Assembly: GCA_963829055.1 (NCBI GenBank)
Contig: CAWHHI010000005.1
Span: 307,970-371,969, forward strand
Reading direction: 5' to 3'
DNA from: an uncultured Gemmatimonadaceae bacterium
GTDB lineage: Bacteria; Gemmatimonadota; Gemmatimonadetes; Gemmatimonadales; Gemmatimonadaceae
Length of the DNA: 64,000 bases
The notes below the pieces were generated by a model. That model was not told the origin of the DNA. It searched no databases and saw only the letters and a list, made by a program, of their open reading frames with translations. Shown one piece after another: positions 43,782-53,473 of the stretch. Numbering within the stretch: the stretch's first letter is position 1; every line of letters begins with the position of its first letter. A program made the position numbers and the translations under genes.

Positions 43782-45573
43782 TTATGGTTGAGCGCCGCGG
43801 CAGACGGCGACCGACACGCCGGGCACGCGCGACCACTGCCACGACTCGTTGATCATCGGACGTGTCATGTAGGTGAGGTACAGCAATTCTCCGTCGCGCG
43901 CGACGTCGAGTTTCATCGGTTGAACCCGATCGCTGACGAGCAGTTCGGCCGCGATAGGTGTCGTGACCACATCCCCGTTTCGAAGTCCCGCGTCTGCCGC
44001 AGCCGACGACGGAACCAGGCTCACGACAGTCTGCACTCCCGGCGTGCGTCGATCGAACGCGAAATCCGGCACCACTACCTGCGTCCACGAATGCGTGAAG
44101 CACGGACCGAACGCGTCAGGCGGCAGGAACACGGTTTTCGTCCCGCGGACGACAACGGAGTCGAGCTCCGCGGCAACACCAGGGCCTAACTCTTTCGCCA
44201 GCGCGTCGGTGAAGGTCCGCACGCTGACCGTCCCACCTTCCGCGCGTCGAGCAAACAGGTCGAGCAGGATGTCGTCGAGCGACCGTGCGCCGCCCGACGC
44301 CTGACGAATCGCGGCATCCAGCGCGAAGAAGTAAAGCGACCCGCGCACGTACGGCAGTAACTCACCGTTCTTGTCGGCCCAGAACGCCGCGCTGGCGGCG
44401 TCGTTCGTCGCGTTGCGGTACGGATTCCCATTGTACTGCCGTGATAGCCGATTCAGCTCGGCGACGAACACTTTGAGAGGCTGCAGTTCGAGCCGTCGCT
44501 GGAGATTCGCGGTGAAGTACGTCGCCAGTCCTTCACTCGCCCACGGACCCGCGCCCTGGAACGAGCCGGCCCAGCCGTGGATCATCTCGTGGGCGACAAT
44601 GCTCCGCAGTCCCGTACCGTCACCGCCGGACGTCGAGCGCCGAGGATGCCTAACGGGAACCTGCAGCATGAACGAGCGGTTCCCTGCCGTGCCCCCCGAC
44701 GTGGTGGACTCTGGAAGGACGCGCAGGAAGAATCGGTACGGGCGTTGGGCGGTGTCCCCGAAGTACGTGCTGAGCGTCTTGTAGGCCTTGGCCGCCCACG
44801 CCATGTCGGCGCGAAGGTCGAGCGCTGGCGATGAACCCAGCCACGCCGCGCTGAACCCGCCGGTGTTTCCGGCCGCGGGATACCTGCCTAACGGCCCTGC
44901 CATGAACCAGCTCGATTGGAGGCCCGCGAGTGCCATGGTCGCTTCGGCGTCCCCGTCCCCGAGGCTGGAGATGCCAACGGAGCCGCGCCGGAGGGCGCGG
45001 AGATCCCAGTGGATGCGCACTCGGTACTGCCGCGCATCCTGCGGCAGCGCGAGGAAACCGGCACCACCACCGCTCACGCCTCCAGCGAACGTGCGCAGGT
45101 CGAAAGGCGGACCTGCACGAAGACGGCCTGGCGGAACGGTCGCGCTGTAGTTGCACCGTGACCGGAAAGGAAACGGAACGCGCGGTCCGCCAGCGACGAC
45201 TGTAGCCGAACCCGCTCGCGTCCACCGAATCGTCCGCCCTCGTCATCAGGACCGGCCCTATGCCGTCATCGACGCGGAAGCCTCTGATGCGATCGGCGAT
45301 GCCGGGGATGTTGTTCAGTACGATCGGCGCGCGAAACTCCAGCATCGGTGCCACGCGCACCGTGTCGGTGAGATGGAAGGTGACGAGCACGGCTGCGACG
45401 TTGCCGGCTTTGTTTCGCTCGGGCCGCAGGACGATCTCAATGCCGGGCGTAACCACGGTGTCCGCCACCGCGTCCTGCGCGAACGCCGCCACGGGCGCGA
45501 CAAGCGCGAGGAAGGCGACCGTCGCCCACCCGCGCACGCCGGCGGACCGACCAATCAGACCACCGTCAAGCAT
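43782..45573 (-). CDS. Zinc metallopeptidase (M61/M1-like) with C-terminal PDZ-like domain, frameshift ~45100-45150
   Basis: Signal peptide; AHEMIHGW (HExxH), W..EGLATY, PYVRG, SAAADAGLRNGD. Confidence 0.8.
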
Positions 45574-45632
45574 TACGATCGATGCACGCCGTGAACTGCG
45601 GGTTCGTGAGTTCCGCACTGCTCACATCGTAG

Positions 45633-45656
45633 TTCACGTCTGTATTCACGTCTGTA
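45633..45656. repeat. Perfect 12-bp tandem direct repeat in the upstream region of the M61-like gene
   Basis: TTCACGTCTGTA x2. Confidence 0.75.
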
Positions 45657-45810
45657 TGGTAGCACCCCGCCGCCACGCTGCCTCTGTCATTCCGAGCGAA
45701 GCACCCGCCCTGGAGTTGTTAGGTGCCAATTTACTGCAGCAGCTGATGGTGGCGAACCGCCGCTGAGTCCCCGGATTGCGCAGCAAATCCGCACATGGGG
45801 GCAACGCGTG

Positions 45811-45851
45811 ACCCCCGGGATGCTCATCGAATCGATGAGCATCCCGGGGGT
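45811..45851 (-). terminator. Perfect 20-bp hairpin downstream of susD (terminator or mRNA-stabilising stem)
   Basis: ACCCCCGGGATGCTCATCGA-A-TCGATGAGCATCCCGGGGGT, ~48 bp past the susD stop; no U-tract. Confidence 0.65.
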
Positions 45852-45898
45852 TGTGTTCCTCGCGGCTCGAGGCTCGAGCCGCGATCCTCACGCTCGCG

Positions 45899-47179
45899 CT
45901 ATGCGTCGCGATTGATACAACCCGTGAACTTCGGATTGTTTCGCTCGGGCGTCGGAACGACGAAGTTCACGTCCGTTCCGAACTTGAGGCCATCCTTGTG
46001 ATAGTTGCCGGTCGGGAAGACCGACTCGGCTGGACGTGCATACTGGCGCACCAGGCGTCGCATATCGCCAAGCCGATGCGACGTGGCGAACAACGTGAAT
46101 GCTCGCTCTCGGAAGAGCAGATCAATGCGCGCCGCCGACGAGCCGGGATCCGTCACCGGGCCCAGTTTCTGGAACGCACGGAGATCGTTGACCTTCTGCA
46201 GGAACGTGGCGGTGTTCCCCTTCCGAAGCTCCGCCTCGGCCTCGATCAGCCGCGCTTCCGCTCCACTCGCGATCGTCGACGGTGAATCGAACCCCGTGAG
46301 CAGGGCGAAATAGTACCGCGGCGTCGTGGCATCGAACCGTGATGGCGAGCCGTTGCCAGTGATCGGAACACGCGGATCGTTCGCCGTGGCGTAGTTCAGT
46401 CCGTTCGTGCCTTCCTTCTCCGACACCAGCAGGCCGTCGCTGTTGAACATGTAGTTCCAGTAGAGGTTCTGCTGATACGGCGTCGTCGCCGAATGGAACG
46501 TCGTGTACTTGAAGTCGGTCGGAACGGATCCAACGGCCGTCGCCGCCGCATCGAACTGGCCGAGGTCGAGAAGCGCACGGGCCTTGAGCACGGCCGCGAG
46601 GCTTTTGATCCGCGCATCGCTCCCCGCAGCGGTATTGGCCGCGTCCAGCTTCGCAATGCCACCCTGGAATACTGCGGTGGTGGCGAGCGGCTCCGCTTCC
46701 TCTCCAATGTTGCCGATCGGAATACCGGAGCAGAACAACTCGGCGAGCAGCACGTAGGACAACCCCGAGATCGCGTTCATCTCGCCAATGCGCGGGTCCG
46801 ACGCGCTGACCACCTTGAGCGCCTCAGCCGCGCGATCGGCTTGACCGCGGAGCTGCTGGACGTTGCGGTAGACTGCCCACAGCAGGGTGTTCTGTTCAAT
46901 GAGTGAGCGCGTATCGAACTGCTTGATCTCCGGCGGCGTCGCACCGAAGCGCAGCTCGTCGGTGAACAGCCCGACCGTGGCGTTCACGCCCATGGCGGCG
47001 TCCATATACGCCGCGAGGTCGCCGATTACACCGGCATGAAGTGCGGTAACGCCCGCCGGATTGTTCAACCCGGTCGGATCGATGATGTCCGGTCGGTCGA
47101 CCTGGAGTATCCGGTCGGTGGAGCACCCGGTGAGCGCGATCGCCGTGATCACCAGCGCGCGTTTCGCGGTGAGGGTCAT
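45899..47179 (-). CDS. RagB/SusD-family lipoprotein
   Basis: Lipobox LTGC; EARLIEAEA, LFRERAFTLF..SHRLGDMRRL, ERNNPKF. Confidence 0.9.
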   Translation of the reverse strand: MTLTAKRALVITAIALTGCSTDRILQVDRPDIIDPTGLNNPAGVTALHAGVIGDLAAYMDAAMGVNATVGLFTDELRFGATPPEIKQFDTRSLIEQNTLLWAVYRNVQQLRGQADRAAEALKVVSASDPRIGEMNAISGLSYVLLAELFCSGIPIGNIGEEAEPLATTAVFQGGIAKLDAANTAAGSDARIKSLAAVLKARALLDLGQFDAAATAVGSVPTDFKYTTFHSATTPYQQNLYWNYMFNSDGLLVSEKEGTNGLNYATANDPRVPITGNGSPSRFDATTPRYYFALLTGFDSPSTIASGAEARLIEAEAELRKGNTATFLQKVNDLRAFQKLGPVTDPGSSAARIDLLFRERAFTLFATSHRLGDMRRLVRQYARPAESVFPTGNYHKDGLKFGTDVNFVVPTPERNNPKFTGCINRDA

Positions 47180-47219
47180 GTATGGCTCCAGTCGTCTCGT
47201 TGTCGTGTCGAGTCGCATG

Positions 47220-50200
47220 TCAGTAGCCCAGGTTGAACCGGATGATGAACGTCCTCGGCTGTCCCTGCTGCACGAAGTTGTAAGGAGTCGCATCCGTGCC
47301 CGTCGTGAGGATCTCGGGATCCCAGCCCGTGAAGTCGTTCGCCGTCCAGAGCCCCACGTTCCGGGCGCTCAACACGATCGTCGCCGAGCGCGAGCGCACG
47401 ATGCGCGTGACCGACTGCGGGAGGTCGTAGACCGCCGCGATCTCACGCACGCGAACGAAATCGCCCTTCTCCCAGTACGCGCCGAGCGCACGACCGACCG
47501 CCATCGCGCGCGCCTGGTCGAACTGTGGCGCTTTCGGGTCGTGAATGGCGCGGCAGTTGTTCGGGCCGAGTCCGCACGAGAATCCGGTGCTCACCTCGTG
47601 CGTCGTGAATCCGCCGCGGTAGTCGACGAGGGCCGAGAGACGGAGGTGATCGTTGAACAGGCCGACGGTGTTGTTGAACCCGATCGTCCGCGTGGGAACC
47701 GTGCTGCCACCGAAGACAGAGCCACTCGACACCTGAACCTCGCTAGGCTCGATGACGCCGTTGTTGTTCGCGTCGCTGTAGCCGGTCATGGTGGGCCAGT
47801 ACGCGGCGAACAGCGGCTGGCCTGGTTCGTTGCGATACCCGAAGCCACCGAAGGGCGAAACGCCAGGCGCCAGTGACTCGAGGCGGTTCTTGTTCCACGC
47901 CGCTTCGACCTGCAGGTCGTAGCGGAACGAGGTGAACTCGAGCACGCGCGCGTTGAGCGACACCTCGAGGCCTTTGTTCGTCACGACGCCGACGTTGTCG
48001 AAGACGTTGATGCCGGCGGTCTGCAATGGCGCGAGATCGCGCTGCACGATCGCGTCGGTCGTCTTCTTGTCGTAGTACGTCGTCTGCAGGTTGACCCGAC
48101 TGTGTAACGTGGTGACATCGAAGCCAAGCTCGATCTCACGCGACCGCTCGGGTTTCAGGTCCGTGTTGCCGAGCCGGCCGCCGAACGCCCCGAACGTCAC
48201 GGCGGGCACGGCACCGCTCAGGATCAATGCCGTCACCGGCGCAACGTAGGTGAACGCCGCGTTCACGTCGGGTTGCTGCCCCGACTCACCGAACGCGCCA
48301 CGCAGACGAAGGTTGTTGAGCCAGCGTGCCGCGCCGTTTTCCGCGGCGACCCACGACACGGTCGCCTTGGGATAGATCGCCGCACCGAAGTCGGCGCCGA
48401 ACGCGCTGTTCTCGTCGCGCCTAACGGCACCCGTGACGAACAGCCGGTCGTGCCATCCGAACTGCTGCTCGAGATACGCGCCCAGCGTGACGGCGTCGAC
48501 GGTCTGTTCGCTGGACTGCTTCTGCGCGCCCGCGTCGAGCGTCGAGCCGCCTGGCGGAAGAATGCGCGCATCGTTGAACGTCACCGCGCGCTTGTCGCGG
48601 TTCCACTGGGCGCCGATCAATGTCTTCGACGTCAGGTCGTTGCTGATGTTCCTGTTCGCCGTGGCACCGAGATCGACGGAGTACTTGCCGTTGTTGTACT
48701 TGCTGATGCCGCGAAGGCCTTGCCACTCAATGCCGCAGATCTGGCATCCCTCGCCTGCCCGCACTTTCGCCTCGTCGTTCCACATGATGTAGTCGATACC
48801 CACGGTTGCCCGTGTCTGGATCCAGTCGACCGGCCGCCAGTTGGCGTTCGCCGAGTTCGTGAACTGGTTCTGTGTGCGCGTGACTGACTTCGAGAAGCCC
48901 TGACGCGGCGGGGCGAAGCCCCACACGTTTGGCACGTTTGGATTCGCCGTCCCGAACAGCGCCGAGCCGACCACGCCCTGCAGATTGTCACCCGTCTGCG
49001 GAAGCAGGTTGCTCATCGTGTTCATGCCGGCGGAGATCGCGAGGTCGGACTTCGGGGTCATTGTGACGTTGAAGTTGCCGCGAAGCCCCGTCCTCGACAT
49101 TTGATTCGGTAATCGCTGATCCCGCGGGATGGACGTCGTGTTGCGAATGCGATACAGCGAATCCAGCTCGCTGTCCGGCATCTTCAGCACGCCGACTTCG
49201 CCTTCCCACGTCCCCGAGACGAAGTAGCGAAGCTGGTCCGAGCCACCGGACACCTGGGCGCCATACTGCTGGCGATTCCCCGTGCCGAACGGCGTCGTCT
49301 CCTTGTCCTCGAGGAGATTGCGCGAGTAGCGCTGCTGCACCGTGCAGAGCCCCTGCACCTCACGCCAGCTCACACAATCGATCGGCTGGCCCGCCGTTGT
49401 TGTACCCTTGTTGTAGTACTGGCCTGGGTAGTCGTAGGGATCGACGCTCGTGCCCAGCACGGCGAAGAGGTCCCACCGCGGCGCGCCGGTCCTTCCACGC
49501 TTCGTGGTGACGACAATGACGCCGTTCGCCGACTGCGTGCCGTAGAGCGTCGCGGCCAATGGGCCCTTCACGATCTCGATGGTCTCGATCTCTTCCGGAT
49601 TCAGGTTGTTGAGAAAGCTCGGGCGCCCGCCACCGACACCCGTCTGCCCAACCGTCAATGGATTGATGTTGGGACTTCCGTTCTCGACGCGCACGCCGTC
49701 GACGATCACGAGTGGATCGTTCGACAGCGAAGCGGAGCTGATGCCGCGAACTCGAACGCGCGATCCACCGCCAACGGTGCCGTTCGACTGGATCAACGTG
49801 ACGCCGGCGGTGCGCCCGTTCAGCACATCCTGCATCGCCGTGATCGGCTGCTCCTGCACCAGCTTCGCGGTCTCGATCTTCGCGATCGAGTTTCCAAGCT
49901 CGCGGGTGAGTTGTTGTCCCGTCGCCGTCGTGACGACCGTCTCGAGTTGGAACGCGGCCTTGGCGAGCACGAAATCGAGTGTCGTCTCCTGTGCGGCGCT
50001 GACGGTCACGCTTTGTTGGCTGGACTGATAGCCGAGCGCGATCACGCGCACCGTGTGCCCGCCCGCGGGCAGACCGCGCACGAGGTAGACGCCTTGCTGG
50101 TTCGTTTGGGTGCCGAGGTTTGTTCCGACGATCTGAATCTGCGCAAACGGGATGGGTTGTCCGGACTCTTTTTCGGTGATCTTGCCTGTGAGTCGGACTT

Positions 50201-50291
50201 GATTGGCTTGCGCGAGAGCCGTCCCGCTGCCGAGAGCAGCGGCCAGCACGACGACCAACGCGCGTCGAGAGAACATCACGACGCAGGGCAT
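47220..50291 (-). CDS. SusC/RagA-family TonB-dependent receptor
   Basis: Carboxypeptidase-regulatory-like N-domain, LETVVTTATG, VRVRG...DPLVIVDGV, LNPEEIETIEIVKG..AATLYG..ANGVIVVTTKRG. Confidence 0.93.
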   Translation of the reverse strand: MPCVVMFSRRALVVVLAAALGSGTALAQANQVRLTGKITEKESGQPIPFAQIQIVGTNLGTQTNQQGVYLVRGLPAGGHTVRVIALGYQSSQQSVTVSAAQETTLDFVLAKAAFQLETVVTTATGQQLTRELGNSIAKIETAKLVQEQPITAMQDVLNGRTAGVTLIQSNGTVGGGSRVRVRGISSASLSNDPLVIVDGVRVENGSPNINPLTVGQTGVGGGRPSFLNNLNPEEIETIEIVKGPLAATLYGTQSANGVIVVTTKRGRTGAPRWDLFAVLGTSVDPYDYPGQYYNKGTTTAGQPIDCVSWREVQGLCTVQQRYSRNLLEDKETTPFGTGNRQQYGAQVSGGSDQLRYFVSGTWEGEVGVLKMPDSELDSLYRIRNTTSIPRDQRLPNQMSRTGLRGNFNVTMTPKSDLAISAGMNTMSNLLPQTGDNLQGVVGSALFGTANPNVPNVWGFAPPRQGFSKSVTRTQNQFTNSANANWRPVDWIQTRATVGIDYIMWNDEAKVRAGEGCQICGIEWQGLRGISKYNNGKYSVDLGATANRNISNDLTSKTLIGAQWNRDKRAVTFNDARILPPGGSTLDAGAQKQSSEQTVDAVTLGAYLEQQFGWHDRLFVTGAVRRDENSAFGADFGAAIYPKATVSWVAAENGAARWLNNLRLRGAFGESGQQPDVNAAFTYVAPVTALILSGAVPAVTFGAFGGRLGNTDLKPERSREIELGFDVTTLHSRVNLQTTYYDKKTTDAIVQRDLAPLQTAGINVFDNVGVVTNKGLEVSLNARVLEFTSFRYDLQVEAAWNKNRLESLAPGVSPFGGFGYRNEPGQPLFAAYWPTMTGYSDANNNGVIEPSEVQVSSGSVFGGSTVPTRTIGFNNTVGLFNDHLRLSALVDYRGGFTTHEVSTGFSCGLGPNNCRAIHDPKAPQFDQARAMAVGRALGAYWEKGDFVRVREIAAVYDLPQSVTRIVRSRSATIVLSARNVGLWTANDFTGWDPEILTTGTDATPYNFVQQGQPRTFIIRFNLGY

Positions 50292-50694
50292 GGCAAGTTG
50301 GGCTGTCGGTGATGAATCGTCCCGGAGCGGACCGGGCGGGGTCGGCGGGAGGCGGTCGCCCGCCGTTCGAGTGTGCTCCTCCTCGCGCGATTGGCGTTAG
50401 GCAATCAGAGGGACTAGCGGAGGCGCTTCGTGCCCAAGACTGGCAACAATTGAGACCGCCCGCAAGCAGTATGGTCCATTCTCACTGAATCAGCTCGCTC
50501 GCCGGCGCACTCACGGCTCCCCGCGTGCCGGACGCGCAAGCCCACGGACATGCGCCGCGCCGTGCCGGTCACGCGACGCGCTGTTGACGCGACCGCCGCT
50601 GACACGTAAGACATGTCGTGCTCGAGCAACTCGCGCCGAGCGACCGTCGTGCTGCGCTGCCACGCGTACGATCGAACCCTGTCTATTCGATCTC

Positions 50695-51906
50695 ATGATC
50701 CCGACATTCCTGCGCCTGACGTCCGTCGTAGCGGCGACCGTCGTCCTGACGCTGCCTCTTGGCGCTCAAGGCGACGCCATCCTCGTTCGTGGCGGAACCA
50801 TCAACACGGCGACGGGGGCACCGATTACGAACGGCAGCATCCTGATCCGGGCCGGCAAGATCGTCGCGGTCGGAACGAACGTGACGGCGCCGCCAGGCGT
50901 CAGGATCGTCGATGCGGCAGGGAAGGTCGTCATCCCCGGCATGATCGACAATCACTCCCACATCGGCGCTCGGTCAACCGATCTGAACGACTCCCCGATG
51001 TTGATCGGGCCGCAGCATCGGTTCATCGACGCGCTCGACTGGAACGATCCCGATTTTCAGGATGCCGTCGAAGGCGGTGTCACCACCGTCGTGACCGGCC
51101 CCGGGAGCGGTGAGAACGTCAGTGGGATGGCCGCGGTGATCAAGACGTTCGGCGCCGACTACACGAGGCGGATGCTCCTCGAGAAGGGCGGGATGAAGTT
51201 CGCGATGGGCCCCAAGGGACGGGCACGCTACCCCGCGACGGCGATGGGCGTCGCCGCCAACCTTCGTCAGTACCTGATCAAGACGCAGGAGTACATGGCG
51301 GCGCAGAAGAAGTGGGAGGATGACGGGAAGAAGGGAAACCCGCCGGCGCGCGATCTCGGCTACGAGGCAATGTCCGACGTCCTGACGAAGAAGACGTACG
51401 TGCGTGCGCACGTGCACTCGGCGACGGACGTGATGACCCTGACGCGGCTCAAGGACGAGTTCGGATTCGACCTGACCATGCATCACTCGACGGAGGCGTA
51501 CAAAGTCGCGCCGGAGCTGGCCAAGCGCGGCATCTCCGCCGTCGTGCTCCCGTTAGGCCCCCGCATTGGCGTGGGCGAGGATGCCATGGCCGGCCCCTAC
51601 ATCTTGTGGAAGGCCGGCGTCAAGATCGCGATGCACACCGACGCCCCGGTCATCAGCGAGAAGTGGCTTCGGCTCTGCGCCGCGCTGGCGATGCGCTACG
51701 GGATTCCCGAGGACGAAGCACTCAAAATGGTGACCTTGAATGCCGCGGAGATCGCGCGCGTCGCCGACCGCGTCGGCAGCATCGCCGTCGGCAAGGACGC
51801 CGATCTGGTGATCTTCAATGGGCCGTGGTACGAGCCCAGGTCGCGGGTCGATTTCGTGATCGGAGACGGCGTGGTGATCTACGATCGCGCGAAGGAGGCC
51901 AAGTAA
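50695..51906 (+). CDS. Secreted amidohydrolase
   Basis: PGMIDNHSH, GGVTT, HVH, MHH, HTDAP, GSIAVGKDADLV. Confidence 0.88.
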   Translation: MIPTFLRLTSVVAATVVLTLPLGAQGDAILVRGGTINTATGAPITNGSILIRAGKIVAVGTNVTAPPGVRIVDAAGKVVIPGMIDNHSHIGARSTDLNDSPMLIGPQHRFIDALDWNDPDFQDAVEGGVTTVVTGPGSGENVSGMAAVIKTFGADYTRRMLLEKGGMKFAMGPKGRARYPATAMGVAANLRQYLIKTQEYMAAQKKWEDDGKKGNPPARDLGYEAMSDVLTKKTYVRAHVHSATDVMTLTRLKDEFGFDLTMHHSTEAYKVAPELAKRGISAVVLPLGPRIGVGEDAMAGPYILWKAGVKIAMHTDAPVISEKWLRLCAALAMRYGIPEDEALKMVTLNAAEIARVADRVGSIAVGKDADLVIFNGPWYEPRSRVDFVIGDGVVIYDRAKEAK

Positions 51907-51907
51907 C

Positions 51908-53188
51908 ATGTCCCACGCTCCTCGCAGCTCTCAGCTCGCTGCATCCATCGCGACCGCACTGCTCGTCTTCTCCGCATCGGCCTCGGCCCAGGAGCGGGCG
52001 ATCGCGATCCGTGGCGGCACTGTGCTGCCCATTAGCGGGCCCGCGATCCCCAACGGCACCGTCGTCATTCGCGGCGGGAAGATCGTAGCCGTCGGTGCCA
52101 ACGTCACCGTGCCCGCCGGCGCGGAGATCGTCGACGCGGCGGGGAAGTATGTCATGCCCGGGGTGATCGACGCCGTGTCACACATCGGCATCGACGCCAA
52201 CGACCTGAACGAGCCCACGGACCCGATGACGCCCCAGAATCGCGCGTGGGAGGCCTACAACCCGTTCGGCACATTCGGCTCGGGGCAGGTTGCTCCGCTC
52301 CGCAACAAGGAAGCGCTGTCGGGCGGCGTTACCACTCAGTACATCGCGCCGGCCGACGCCCAGTTGTTAGGCGGCCAGGGGGCGGTGGTGAAAACCGCTG
52401 GTGCCACGCTCGACGGCGTCCTGCTGCGCGAGCCGGCCGCCATGGACATGGCGCTCGGGACCCCGCCCAAGACGCCCGCACGCGCAGCGAACCGGGATCC
52501 GTTCACCCGCATGGCCGAGGCCGCAATGTTGCGGCAGTTGTTCGTGAAAGCGCAGGAGTATCAGCGCAACAAGACCGCGAACGCGACGACTCCGCGCGAC
52601 CTCGGCATGGAAGCGTTAGGCAGGATGCTGCGCAAGGAAATCCCGGCGCGGATCGAGGCGAACAACGCGACGGATATTCGCATGGCCTTGCGGCTGGCCC
52701 AGGAGTTCGGCTTCGACGTCGTGATCGACGGCGGCGCCGGCGCGTGGGAGCTCAAGGACGAGCTGGTGGCGAAAAAGGTGGCCGTCGTCCTTGGCCAGGT
52801 GTCCCACGAGTACATCAGCAACGAAGAGATCCCCGACAAGCAGGACTACCCCAAGCCTGACGAACGTCTCGCTGCGAGGCTGACGAACGCTGGCATTCCC
52901 ACCGCGATAGCGACGTTCTCCCGCGCGTTCGGTACGCTCGCGCCTGCAGGGACCGGGAAATGGTTGCTGATCGACGCGGCGATCGCGGCGGGCTATGGCA
53001 TGACGGATGATCAGGTGCTGAGAGCGGTGACATTGGTGCCGGCCCAGATCCTCGGCGTCGCCGATCGTGTGGGCTCGCTGGAAGTCGGCAAGGACGCGGA
53101 CGTCGTCGTGCTCGATGGACCGCCGCTGAGTGTGAAGACGTGGGTGCAGCGGGTGTACGTGAGTGGGGAGCTCGTGTACACGAAGTGA
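51908..53188 (+). CDS. Secreted amidohydrolase-like protein with degenerate metal ligands
   Basis: PGVIDAVSH (first His lost), GGVTT, GSLEVGKDADVV; starts 1 bp after the upstream stop. Confidence 0.85.
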   Translation: MSHAPRSSQLAASIATALLVFSASASAQERAIAIRGGTVLPISGPAIPNGTVVIRGGKIVAVGANVTVPAGAEIVDAAGKYVMPGVIDAVSHIGIDANDLNEPTDPMTPQNRAWEAYNPFGTFGSGQVAPLRNKEALSGGVTTQYIAPADAQLLGGQGAVVKTAGATLDGVLLREPAAMDMALGTPPKTPARAANRDPFTRMAEAAMLRQLFVKAQEYQRNKTANATTPRDLGMEALGRMLRKEIPARIEANNATDIRMALRLAQEFGFDVVIDGGAGAWELKDELVAKKVAVVLGQVSHEYISNEEIPDKQDYPKPDERLAARLTNAGIPTAIATFSRAFGTLAPAGTGKWLLIDAAIAAGYGMTDDQVLRAVTLVPAQILGVADRVGSLEVGKDADVVVLDGPPLSVKTWVQRVYVSGELVYTK

Positions 53189-53473
53189 GAGCGAGGCGTC
53201 CTGGAGGCTCAGCCGCGCTGGACGCCGCCGCTCACCCTGGGCGGCGCCTAACGAGTCATTCGTTGACGGTCCTGTATTTCCCTTGAGAAGATTCACGAAA
53301 CCCGACGGCTTCGCTCTTCAAAGCGTCGGTGAACAAGGCGTGTAGCCGAACACTCGGATCCGCCCCAGCCAAGCTTGATTGGCGGCAGCATTTTACTGCC
53401 CTCACGCGTTGCCGCTCGACAAGCCGTGTGCCCCCACGGTAAGATGGAGACGTCTCTCCACCCAGAGCCGCCC

